Shown here: piece after piece, positions 9,112 through 20,472 of the stretch | How positions within the stretch are numbered: position 1 is the first letter of the stretch | How the letters are laid out: each line of letters begins with the position of its first letter | Source: an uncultured Verrucomicrobiota bacterium | Lineage (GTDB): Bacteria; Verrucomicrobiota; Kiritimatiellia; PWTM01 | Assembly (NCBI GenBank): GCA_964464305.1 | Contig: CAYXFW010000002.1 | Coordinates: 1 to 29,119, forward strand | Length of the DNA: 29,119 nt | Reading direction: 5' to 3' | Made by a program: the position numbers and the translations under genes | Notes under the pieces: generated by a model | Told to the model about the DNA's origin: nothing | Seen by the model: only the letters and a program-made list of their open reading frames with translations | Database searches by the model: none

Positions 9112-10923
9112 ATGAACCTCCCAAATCCAACCCCGGACGAGGAACAGATTACCCTCGTGATGGCCGGTCACGTCGATCATGGCAAGAGCACGGTTATCGG
9201 GAGACTGCTCGTCGAGACCGGCGCCCTGCCCCAGGGCCGTCTCGAGCAGGTTCGCGAGACGTGCCGCCGGAACTCGAAGCCCTTCGAGTACGCCTTCCTG
9301 CTCGACGCATTGAAGGACGAGCAGTCGCAGGGCATCACGATCGACGCCGCCCGGTGCTTCTTCCGCACCGCCAAGCGCCGCTACATCCTCATCGACGCCC
9401 CCGGCCACGTCGAGTTCCTCAAGAACATGCTCACCGGCGCCTCGCGCGCCGAGGCCGCGCTCCTGGTCATCGACGCCAAGGAGGGCATCCGCGAGAATAC
9501 GAAGCGGCACGGCTACATGCTCTCCATGCTCGGCCTCCGCCAGGTCTCGGTCCTGGTGAACAAGATGGACCTCGTCGGGTACGACGAGCCGACGTTCGAC
9601 CGCATCCGCGCCGAGTACACCGCCTTCCTCGACCGTCTCGGCATCCGGCCTGTCAGCTTTATTCCCGTCAGCGGCATGCAGGGGGCCAACATCGCCGCCC
9701 GCGCGCCCGAAACAGCGTGGTTCGACGGCCCGACCGTGCTGGAGCAGATCGACGCCTTCCGGCGGCGCGAGTTCCCCGAATCGCTGCCGTTCCGCCTGCC
9801 GGTGCAGGATGTCTACAAGTTCACCGCGCGGAACGACGACCGCCGCATCGTGGCGGGCACGATCGAGACCGGCACGATCCGCGTCGGCGACGACGTCGTC
9901 TTCCAGCCCTCCGGCAAGACCTCGACCGTGCAGTCGATCGAGTATTTCAACGGCCCCCTGAAGACGTCCGCCGCCGCCGGCGAGGCGCCGGGGTTCACCC
10001 TGACGACGCAGATCTACATCCGCCCCGGCGAGTGGATGGTGAAGGCCGGCGATCCGCCGCTGAAGACGGCGACGCGTTTCCGCGCGAATCTGTTTTGGAT
10101 GGGCCGCGATCCGATGGTCCGCGGCCGGACGTACAAACTGAAGCTCGGAGCGGCCCGCTCGCCCGTGAAGCTCGTCGAGGTGCTGGCCGTCCTCGACGCG
10201 ACGGAGCTGTCCACCGTCGCCAACAAGCAGCAGGTCGACCGCCACGACGTCTCCGAGTGCATTCTGGAGACACCCAAGCCGGTCGCCTTCGACCTCGTTT
10301 CCGATCTCGAGAACACCGGCCGGCTGGTCATCGTCGACCACCACGAGATCGCCGGCGCGGGCATCATCCTGGCCACCGTGGAGTCGGCCGAATCGACCCT
10401 CCAGGAGCATATCCGCGCCCGCGAGATCGCCTGGAAGTCGAGCGCCATCCCGGCCACCGAACGCGCGCAGGCGCTCGGCCATGGCGCGAAGTTCGTCGTC
10501 TTCACCGGCGCCGGAGACGGCTCGGGCGACGCCTGCGCGCGCGCCCTCGAGCGCGCCCTGTTCGACCGAGGCTTTGCGGCGTACTACCTGGGCATGGAGA
10601 ACCTCGAGCGCGGGCTCGACGCCGATCTCGGCGAGGACGCCCGCGACGACCACATCCGGCGGCTCGGCGAACTCGCGCGCATCCTCACCGGCTCCGGCCT
10701 CATCTTCATTACGTCGTTAACCGGCGCCGACGCGGACGATCTCCGCATCCTCGAACAACTGAACCGGCCGAACGAGATCCTCACCGTGGGCGTCGGCGGC
10801 GAGAACCCCGCCGGCCACGCGACCAGCCTCTGGCTCGACCTGTCCGAGGGCATCGACGCCGGTGTCGCCCGCACCTGCGACCTGCTGCGGGACCGAAACG
10901 TAATTCTGGAGTACTGCATATGA
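9112..10923 (+). CDS. cysN: Sulfate adenylyltransferase subunit 1 (GTPase) with degenerate C-terminal APS-kinase-like domain
   Basis: GHVDHGKST, EQSQGITID, DAPGHVEFLKNM, NKMD; EF-Tu-like domains II/III; C-terminal CysC-like region. Real start ATG 9112, inside the longer 8740 ORF. Confidence 0.95.
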   Translation: MNLPNPTPDEEQITLVMAGHVDHGKSTVIGRLLVETGALPQGRLEQVRETCRRNSKPFEYAFLLDALKDEQSQGITIDAARCFFRTAKRRYILIDAPGHVEFLKNMLTGASRAEAALLVIDAKEGIRENTKRHGYMLSMLGLRQVSVLVNKMDLVGYDEPTFDRIRAEYTAFLDRLGIRPVSFIPVSGMQGANIAARAPETAWFDGPTVLEQIDAFRRREFPESLPFRLPVQDVYKFTARNDDRRIVAGTIETGTIRVGDDVVFQPSGKTSTVQSIEYFNGPLKTSAAAGEAPGFTLTTQIYIRPGEWMVKAGDPPLKTATRFRANLFWMGRDPMVRGRTYKLKLGAARSPVKLVEVLAVLDATELSTVANKQQVDRHDVSECILETPKPVAFDLVSDLENTGRLVIVDHHEIAGAGIILATVESAESTLQEHIRAREIAWKSSAIPATERAQALGHGAKFVVFTGAGDGSGDACARALERALFDRGFAAYYLGMENLERGLDADLGEDARDDHIRRLGELARILTGSGLIFITSLTGADADDLRILEQLNRPNEILTVGVGGENPAGHATSLWLDLSEGIDAGVARTCDLLRDRNVILEYCI

Positions 10924-11162
10924 TCGGCACCGAACTGCACCGGCGGAGCATCGTCAAGGCCGTGACATGGCGCCTGATGGGCACCGTCGGGACCTGCCTT
11001 GTCGGATGGTGGGTCACCGGCTCGCTGCGAACCGGGCTTGGCATCAGCCTGGTCGACTCCGCGATCAAGGTCTTTGGATTCTACTTCCACGAGCGCGCCT
11101 GGCATCGAGTGACGTGGGGGATCGGACCGGGTCCCGCCGATGGGCAGGGGGGCGGGATCTGA
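10920..11162 (+). CDS. DUF2061 family small membrane protein
   Basis: MIGTELHRRSIVKAVTWRLMGT...KVFGFYFHERAW matches the DUF2061 pattern (RSxxKAxTWR...YxHERxW); ATGA overlap with the cysN stop. Confidence 0.85.
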   Translation: MIGTELHRRSIVKAVTWRLMGTVGTCLVGWWVTGSLRTGLGISLVDSAIKVFGFYFHERAWHRVTWGIGPGPADGQGGGI

Positions 11163-11196
11163 GGATCTCAAGTGAACGGCATCGAGCGACAAGCCG

Positions 11197-11224
11197 TTGA
11201 CAACCGTTCGCCTTGGCGTATTAT
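11197..11224 (+). promoter_or_regulatory. Putative sigma70 promoter for rrf2-metY-metB-cysK
   Basis: TTGACA (11197-11202), 16 nt, TATTAT (11219-11224); GGAG RBS before ATG 11254. Confidence 0.7.
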
Positions 11225-11253
11225 CCCTTATCTCGATTGGATTGGTGGAGATC

Positions 11254-11694
11254 ATGAAGCTGTCTACGCGGAGTCGATACGGGGCGCGGTTGCTGCTGGA
11301 TCTGGCGATCCATGGCGACAAGGGTGCGGTGTCGCTCGGCTCGACGGCGGCGCGCCAGGGGGTGTCGGAAAAGTATCTCTGGCAGGTGGCGGCGGCCCTG
11401 AAGGCGGCGCAACTGGTCGAAGCGGTGCGGGGGGCGAGCGGCGGCTACCGGCTGGCGCGATCGCTCCGCGGCATCACCCTGCGGGACGTGGTATCGGCCC
11501 TCGACGGCGAGGTGGACCCGGCGGAACGCGCGGAATCCGTGGGAACGGACCGCGTGGCCGCCGGTGTGATGCGCGACGCCTGGCGCGCGGCGGGCAAGGG
11601 GTTCGAGAAGGCGCTGGAGGCCATCACGCTCGAGGACCTCGCCGACCGCCACCGCGCCAGGAACAAAAAGCCGACGATGGATTTTGCAATCTGA
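11254..11694 (+). CDS. Rrf2 family transcriptional regulator, cysteine-free, CymR-like
   Basis: MKLSTRSRYGARLLLDLA, SEKYLWQV, VRGASGGYRLAR, ITLEDL; no Cys residues; ends KPTMDFAI. Confidence 0.9.
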   Translation: MKLSTRSRYGARLLLDLAIHGDKGAVSLGSTAARQGVSEKYLWQVAAALKAAQLVEAVRGASGGYRLARSLRGITLRDVVSALDGEVDPAERAESVGTDRVAAGVMRDAWRAAGKGFEKALEAITLEDLADRHRARNKKPTMDFAI

Positions 11695-11700
11695 AGGCAA

Positions 11701-11728
11701 GGGACGAGGGGCGAGGGACGAGGGAGAA
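11701..11728 (+). repeat. Heptamer tandem array, left flank of four-helix-bundle gene
   Basis: GGGACGA GGGGCGA GGGACGA GGGAGAA in exact 7-nt phase. Confidence 0.85.
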
Positions 11729-11735
11729 GGCGGGA

Positions 11736-13551
<1,816 letters not shown>

Positions 13552-13578
13552 CCGCCCGGCGCCGGGGAGCGCACGACC

Positions 13579-14718
13579 ATGAGATTCGAAACGCGAGCCA
13601 TACGCGACGGACAGGCGCCGGACCCGAAGACCGGGTCGGTCATCGTGCCCGTCTACCAGACCTCCACCTTTCAGCAGGATGCCATCGGCCGGAACCGCGG
13701 CTTCGAATACACCCGCACCGGGAACCCGACGCGCAAGGCGCTCGAGGAGGCCCTCGCCTCGCTCGAAAACGGCCGGCACGGACTCGCCTTCGCGTCCGGC
13801 TCGGCCGCGATGGCGGCCGTGCTGCACACCCTCCGCCCCGGCGATCATGTCGTCGCGGGCGAGGACCTCTATGGCGGCACCCTGCGCATGTTCGAGCGCA
13901 TCTATCGGCCCTGGGGGCTTGATTTCTCGTATGCCAAGGTCGAGGACCCCGCCGACTTCGCGGCGAAGATGCGGCCGGCCACGAAGCTCGTCTGGGTCGA
14001 GTCGCCGACGAATCCCCTGCTCCGCATCGCCGACCTGGCAGCGGTCGCGCAGGTCGCGCACCGCGGCGGCGCGAAACTCGTGGTCGACAACACCTTTGCA
14101 ACCCCGTTCTTCCAGCGGCCGCTGGACCTCGGCGCGGACATCGTCGTCCACAGCGCAACGAAGTACCTCGGCGGCCACAGCGACGTGATCGGCGGCGCGA
14201 TCGTGGTGAGCGATCCGGCGCTGTTCGAATCCCTGAAGTTCATCCAGAACGGGCTCGGCGCCGTCCCCGCGCCGTGGGACTGCTGGCTCGTGTTGCGCGG
14301 GCTGCGCACGCTGGCCGTCCGCATGCGCGAACACGACCGCAACGCGCGGCACCTGGCGCAGGTGCTGGAGGCGCATCCGCGCGTGGCGCGGGTCCACCAC
14401 CCCGCCCTCCCCTCCCACCCGCAGCAGGCCTTGGCGGCGCGCCAGATGGAAGGGTTCGGAGGCACGTTCAGCATCGAACTCGCCGGGGATTTCGCCGGGA
14501 TCGAGCGGTTTCTCTCACGACTGAAGGTCTTCATCCTCGCGGAAAGCCTTGGCGGCGTCGAATCGCTCATCTGTTATCCCCCGCGCATGAGCCACGGAGC
14601 GCTCACGCCGGAGGAGCGCCATGCGCGGGGCATCCATGACAGTCTGCTGAGAGTATCCGTCGGAATCGAAAACGTGAAGGACCTGGAGGAGGATCTCCTC
14701 GGGGCCCTGTCGGAATAG
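13579..14718 (+). CDS. metB: Cystathionine gamma-synthase/gamma-lyase family PLP enzyme
   Basis: [67 protein letters not shown]. Synthase versus lyase cannot be resolved from sequence here. Confidence 0.85.
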   Translation: MRFETRAIRDGQAPDPKTGSVIVPVYQTSTFQQDAIGRNRGFEYTRTGNPTRKALEEALASLENGRHGLAFASGSAAMAAVLHTLRPGDHVVAGEDLYGGTLRMFERIYRPWGLDFSYAKVEDPADFAAKMRPATKLVWVESPTNPLLRIADLAAVAQVAHRGGAKLVVDNTFATPFFQRPLDLGADIVVHSATKYLGGHSDVIGGAIVVSDPALFESLKFIQNGLGAVPAPWDCWLVLRGLRTLAVRMREHDRNARHLAQVLEAHPRVARVHHPALPSHPQQALAARQMEGFGGTFSIELAGDFAGIERFLSRLKVFILAESLGGVESLICYPPRMSHGALTPEERHARGIHDSLLRVSVGIENVKDLEEDLLGALSE

Positions 14719-14729
14719 GAGACACGACC

Positions 14730-15686
14730 ATGGGACACATCTATAAGGACAATTCGATCTCCATCGGCCACACGCCGCTGGTGAGACTGAACCGCCTGAC
14801 CCGGGGCCTGAAGGCCACGGTGCTGGCGAAGATTGAAGGCCGGAATCCCGCCTACTCGGTCAAGTGCCGCATCGGCGCCTCCATGGTCTGGGACGCCGAA
14901 AAGCGCGGCGTGCTGAAGCCCGGCATGGAGCTGGTCGAGCCGACCAGCGGCAATACCGGCATCGCACTGGCCTATGTCGGCGCGGCGCGCGGCTATCCGC
15001 TGACGCTCACGATGCCCGAGACGATGAGCCTCGAGCGGCGCCGCGTCCTCGCGATGTTCGGCGCCCGCCTCGTGCTGACGCCGGGACCGGAAGGGATGAA
15101 GGGCGCGATCAAGAAGGCCGAGGAGATCGCGGCCTCGGACCCGCAGCGATACTTCATGCCGCAGCAGTTCAAGAATCCCGCGAACCCGGCCATCCACGAG
15201 GCGACAACCGGGCCGGAGATCTGGGACGACACCGAAGGCAACATCGATGCCTTCGTTTCCGGCGTGGGAACGGGCGGCACGATCAGCGGGGTCGCGCGCT
15301 TCATCAAGAAGATCAAGGGGCACGCCATCGTCGCCGTCGCCGTGGAGCCGAAGGAAAGCCCGGTGATCACGCAGAAGATCGCCGGCCAGGATCTCAAGCC
15401 GGGGCCGCACAAGATCCAGGGCATCGGCGCCGGATTCATCCCCGACACGCTCGATCTCTCCATCGTGGACCGCGTCGAGCAGGTCGAGAGCGCGGAGGCG
15501 ATCGAGATCGCCCGCCGGCTGGCCCGCGAGGAAGGCATCCTGGCCGGCATCTCCTGCGGCGCCGCCGTCGCCGCCGCCCTCCGCCTCGCCGCCGAAGACC
15601 GCTTCGCCGGCAAGACCATCGTCGTCATCCTCCCCGACGCCGGCGAACGCTACCTCTCGACCGTTCTGTTCGAAGGCATCGGGTGA
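14730..15686 (+). CDS. cysK: Cysteine synthase A (O-acetylserine sulfhydrylase)
   Basis: [19 protein letters not shown] (PLP Lys), [45 protein letters not shown]. Confidence 0.97.
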   Translation: MGHIYKDNSISIGHTPLVRLNRLTRGLKATVLAKIEGRNPAYSVKCRIGASMVWDAEKRGVLKPGMELVEPTSGNTGIALAYVGAARGYPLTLTMPETMSLERRRVLAMFGARLVLTPGPEGMKGAIKKAEEIAASDPQRYFMPQQFKNPANPAIHEATTGPEIWDDTEGNIDAFVSGVGTGGTISGVARFIKKIKGHAIVAVAVEPKESPVITQKIAGQDLKPGPHKIQGIGAGFIPDTLDLSIVDRVEQVESAEAIEIARRLAREEGILAGISCGAAVAAALRLAAEDRFAGKTIVVILPDAGERYLSTVLFEGIG

Positions 15687-15729
15687 CCGGAGCCGGAAGA
15701 AAGTAACGGGAAGGAACGAAGACCGAACC

Positions 15730-15800
15730 GGACAGGATCACAGGATGCGACGGGATCGGCTGTTCAGTGGTCCCATCCCGTCAATCCCGTCATCCCGTCC
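15730..15800. repeat. Inverted arrays of 8-9-mer repeats forming a hairpin between convergent genes
   Basis: Left GACAGGAT/ACAGGAT/GACGGGAT (15731-15756); right ATCCCGTC x3 (15775-15799); 18-nt loop. Confidence 0.8.
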
Positions 15801-15834
15801 GTCTTTGTGTCGCTCAGGGCATTCAAGCGTATCG

Positions 15835-16185
15835 TTACCGTCGGTGGCCTTCTTGGAGAGAGCGGTTCATCGGTTCCGATGTCGTGCCCCACGCGGGCAT
15901 TCCTCGCGCGACCCATTCGTCATAGTTCACCATAATGTTTCGCCCGTCCACGAACCACACGGCAAGGAATCCCAAGACAGCGAGCGCAAGAGCGGGGACG
16001 GGAGGCTTGGCAGTCCGAATCCAGCAACCTATCGACACCAATAGAATGACCCCGAAGACCCAACGAAAAGCCATCGGCCCGGCACCGTGATTATCGGGAT
16101 AGCGCAGCCAGATCAGCCCGACCAGCCCGACCATTCCCAAGAGCGCTCCTATGGCCAGAACGATTTGTATGATTCGAATCATCAT
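15835..16185 (-). CDS. Hypothetical small membrane protein (about three TM segments)
   Basis: 116-aa ORF with three hydrophobic stretches; more AT-rich codons than neighbours; no recognised family. Confidence 0.6.
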   Translation of the reverse strand: MMIRIIQIVLAIGALLGMVGLVGLIWLRYPDNHGAGPMAFRWVFGVILLVSIGCWIRTAKPPVPALALAVLGFLAVWFVDGRNIMVNYDEWVARGMPAWGTTSEPMNRSLQEGHRR

Positions 16186-16350
16186 GGACCTGTCGTGGGT
16201 CTAACGCCGGCTCTGGTCCCCGCCTGGCGCACGCGGCGGATCTCCCATGGGGCGGATGGTGCTCTTCCATTCGAAGGCGATCAAGCGGTTCTTGGGGGAG
16301 GCGGTTCACCTTGGCGGCGACGGATTGGCCGGGATCCGGCCATGAGGGTG

Positions 16351-16575
16351 TCAGCGGATGACCGGGAAGCCTTCCCGGTTCGCCGCCTCGGCCAGCCGGC
16401 TGTCCGCGCACACGAAGGGCAGTTGCCCGGGCTCGAAGCGGCACGCCACGAGCGCGGCCGCCAACTGGAAGGCGTCCGCCATGCGAAGCCGGTGAAGACG
16501 GAGACACCGTTCCGCTGCGGAGCGGACGACCTCCAGCGGTCCTTGCTGGAAAAGGCGAAGGGCGGCGCGCGCCAA
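16351..16575 (-). pseudogene. C-terminal remnant of a VapC/PIN-domain toxin
   Basis: EVVRSAAERCLRLHRLRMADAFQLAAALVAC...FVCADSRLAEAANREGFPVI matches the PIN C-terminal half (LRAADALQLAAAL...FVCxDxRLxxAAxxEGF). The N-terminal half with the first catalytic Asp is absent and there is no RBS or antitoxin. Confidence 0.75.
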
Positions 16576-16645
16576 GGAGGTTGGGTGGAGAACCCAGAGA
16601 AAACGCGCACCGCCCGATCTGAACGTACCCCTGCCGGGAGGCAAG

Positions 16646-19078
16646 TCAAATGGCACGGAGAGGTTTTTCGGTCCCGGCGGCACGGCCATCGCCGTGGGGG
16701 GCGGGTGCCTTCGGACGATCCACCGGCCCGGGCCGATCGGAGGTCCACTCGATGCGGAACGGAGATGAGTTCGTATCCGCCATCGGCACGAGAAGATCGG
16801 ACCCCGAGACCAGAGCGCTGCGGATGCGCGCCCACGTCGCATCGGTGAGCAGAAACATGAATCCGTCTTCGACGAGCTTGACCGCATTCGCGGACTGATC
16901 GCCAACGAACCCGACGTAATTGCCCGTCCTCCGGGCCATGTTTCCGGGATTGCAGCCAATCGCCATATCCCGGGATTGCCCCGGCTTCCAGACCAGACAG
17001 CAATCCGAACCGGGCTCCGGCCTCGTCAACGCGACACTGCAGATCCCCGTTTCCGAGGTCCGGCCCGCAAAGGTCGCAATGTCGACCGCATCGGCGCGAT
17101 CCAGCCGCAGCGTCACAGCCCGGTCATCGGCAAGCAAGCGGGCGCCGGGCAGAAGCATCCGGCCCATTCGAGCCAGGAGCGACGATTTCTCCTGCTCCGC
17201 CATCGATACGACATTGCTCCGGTCGCGATCGCACCAAGGCGTGGTGGGATAGAAGCGGTACTCTTCGCCGAGGCGGGCCAGCACCCGCGTCATCCCGAAG
17301 GCATCCGCCACCCGGGCCTCCTCGGCGGTCAACACGATGGCCGCGAGATGATTCGTCATCGGAATGCGCAGAATCTGGATCGGCTCGACATACGAAATCG
17401 TCGTAAAATCGGCTCGCCCTAGAAAGCTCTCTCCCGCCAGGATCGTTCGTTGGCCGGGTTTGAGTCCGTGGCCGTTTGTGGCATAGGCATAGATGCCATA
17501 AAAGAGGTCCATCACGTCCCTCGGAAACTGACCCGGCGATTCGCCCTGGCGCAGGGCCACGGATAGGATCAGTTCGGGATGCCCATGTTTGCGCAGCCCT
17601 TCGGTGACACAGGTCCGACACGAGACACCGCCGGTCGCCACCGGGATATCGTGTGTGTAGACCCGGGCGATGAGTTCGCCCGGAACCAAGTCGATGACCG
17701 ATGAACCGGCACGACCTGCAATGCAACCGGCCCGGTCCATGACGCGGCGGATGGCGGCGAAGGCGGTTTCCTCGACGTTGTCCGCGAACGGACCGGGGTG
17801 GCCGTAGTAGATCATGCTGGATTCCGGCTCGTAGCCTCCCTCGCGGAGCACACGGAGCGAGGGGATGTAGCTGCTCACCTCGTTGCAGTAGCCGGCGACG
17901 ACCATGTTCTCGCCGGGGAATTCCCGCGCGGAGCGGAGCGCATAGTCGATCACCACCTCGCCGCTCAGGCCGAGCAGGGTCAGGTCGGCGCCAAAGCGGA
18001 CGGCATGGACCTGGAACGGAAGCCTGCGGGCGGGCTTCCCGGCATCGTACGCCTCGAGCATCCGCGCGGCGCGGCGGCGTTTGTGCAGGCTTGCGCCGTC
18101 GGTTCCGGCCGCGGCGGCTTCCTTCTCGAACGTCTCGCGCGTGTGGGCCGCGAAGTCGAGCTGGGCGACCTCGTGGGCGGTGCGGATCGGCGGGCGGACG
18201 GCCGCGAGCCCCCCGGCCAGAGCCTTCTCGACGGCTCCGGCCAGCTCCCGGCCGTGCCGTTCCATGTGCTCGATCTTGCCGCGGGGATACGGGTTCTGGT
18301 CGGCTCCGCAGAGAATCATGTAGAGCGCGGTGGCCCCGGGGTGCGCCTGCTCGATCGCGCGCTGGGCAAAGCCGCCGAAGTCGCTGTCGACCTCGTTGAA
18401 CCCGGCGGGCATCGTCGTCCCGTGGCAGGCGTAGCCGAACAGCACGGCCCGAAGCCGTCCGTCCGGATGCGTGACGCGGAGCACCGGCACGCGGTGGTCC
18501 ACCGGTCCGGCGGAATTCGTGCCCAGCCGGACGCCCGCCGCGGTCTTCTCGCGACGATTGATGGCGAATCCGGCCGTGCCGGATCCGCAGTCGAGCCGCG
18601 CCGGGGAAAGGTCGGCGAGCGCCGCGCCGACGAGCGCGACCACCTCGTCCGTGACCTTGCGGCCATAGGCGACGACACGTCCGCGCTCGGCCTCGTCGAA
18701 CGAGTACATGGCCGCCAGGTTGGGCCAGACCACGGGGCCGTAGTGGGTGTGCGAGCCATTCAACAGCACTTGCGAGCGGTCCAGACCGTGCGCCTTCCCG
18801 ACGCGGGCGGCGATTTCGTCGGACATCTCCCGCGGGAATCCGATCAGGTCGGCTGTCACGATGACAACGCGCCCGCTGGCGCCGTCCTCGACCGCCAGCG
18901 CCTTCGCCCAGAGTTCATTGCGCACGGTCGTCGCCGCATTGGTTCGCGACGCGTAGCCCGACAGGCGAAACGGCATCGGCGGCGTGACGTTGCACCGCGC
19001 GACGCCGACCCGGAATTCCGCGGCGCCGGAGGTCGCGGCGGCGAGGACCGATACAAGAATCCATACCCTCCACTGCAT
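16646..19078 (-). CDS. Secreted neutral/alkaline-ceramidase-like metallohydrolase fused to a SARA/endofin C-terminal-like domain
   Basis: AAGGAG RBS 8 nt before ATG 19078; signal peptide MQWRVWILVSVLAAATSGA; GVARCNVTPP, SGYASR, TADLIG, SHTHYGP, FGYACH, GEVVIDY, GYCNEVSSYIPS, EGGYE. Then ~350 aa with TEGLRKHGHPEL, SFLG, RLGEEYRFYP, VEDG. Confidence 0.8.
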   Translation of the reverse strand: MQWRVWILVSVLAAATSGAAEFRVGVARCNVTPPMPFRLSGYASRTNAATTVRNELWAKALAVEDGASGRVVIVTADLIGFPREMSDEIAARVGKAHGLDRSQVLLNGSHTHYGPVVWPNLAAMYSFDEAERGRVVAYGRKVTDEVVALVGAALADLSPARLDCGSGTAGFAINRREKTAAGVRLGTNSAGPVDHRVPVLRVTHPDGRLRAVLFGYACHGTTMPAGFNEVDSDFGGFAQRAIEQAHPGATALYMILCGADQNPYPRGKIEHMERHGRELAGAVEKALAGGLAAVRPPIRTAHEVAQLDFAAHTRETFEKEAAAAGTDGASLHKRRRAARMLEAYDAGKPARRLPFQVHAVRFGADLTLLGLSGEVVIDYALRSAREFPGENMVVAGYCNEVSSYIPSLRVLREGGYEPESSMIYYGHPGPFADNVEETAFAAIRRVMDRAGCIAGRAGSSVIDLVPGELIARVYTHDIPVATGGVSCRTCVTEGLRKHGHPELILSVALRQGESPGQFPRDVMDLFYGIYAYATNGHGLKPGQRTILAGESFLGRADFTTISYVEPIQILRIPMTNHLAAIVLTAEEARVADAFGMTRVLARLGEEYRFYPTTPWCDRDRSNVVSMAEQEKSSLLARMGRMLLPGARLLADDRAVTLRLDRADAVDIATFAGRTSETGICSVALTRPEPGSDCCLVWKPGQSRDMAIGCNPGNMARRTGNYVGFVGDQSANAVKLVEDGFMFLLTDATWARIRSALVSGSDLLVPMADTNSSPFRIEWTSDRPGPVDRPKAPAPHGDGRAAGTEKPLRAI

Positions 19079-19092
19079 GGGCGTGACTCCTT

Positions 19093-20468
<1,376 letters not shown>

Positions 20469-20472
<4 letters not shown>

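Noticed and set aside
15730-15800. CRISPR array (also considered for 11701-11728)
   Set aside because: Units are 7-9 nt with no unique spacers, and there are no cas genes.
16104-16135. Short tandem CAGCCCGAC-like repeats
   Set aside because: They encode the periodic G-x-x-G hydrophobic helix of the membrane ORF; a coding artefact.
16351-16959. 202-aa ORF as an intact PIN protein
   Set aside because: Its first ~130 codons overlap the SARA-like domain in another frame or are non-homologous; only the last ~70 codons are PIN-like.
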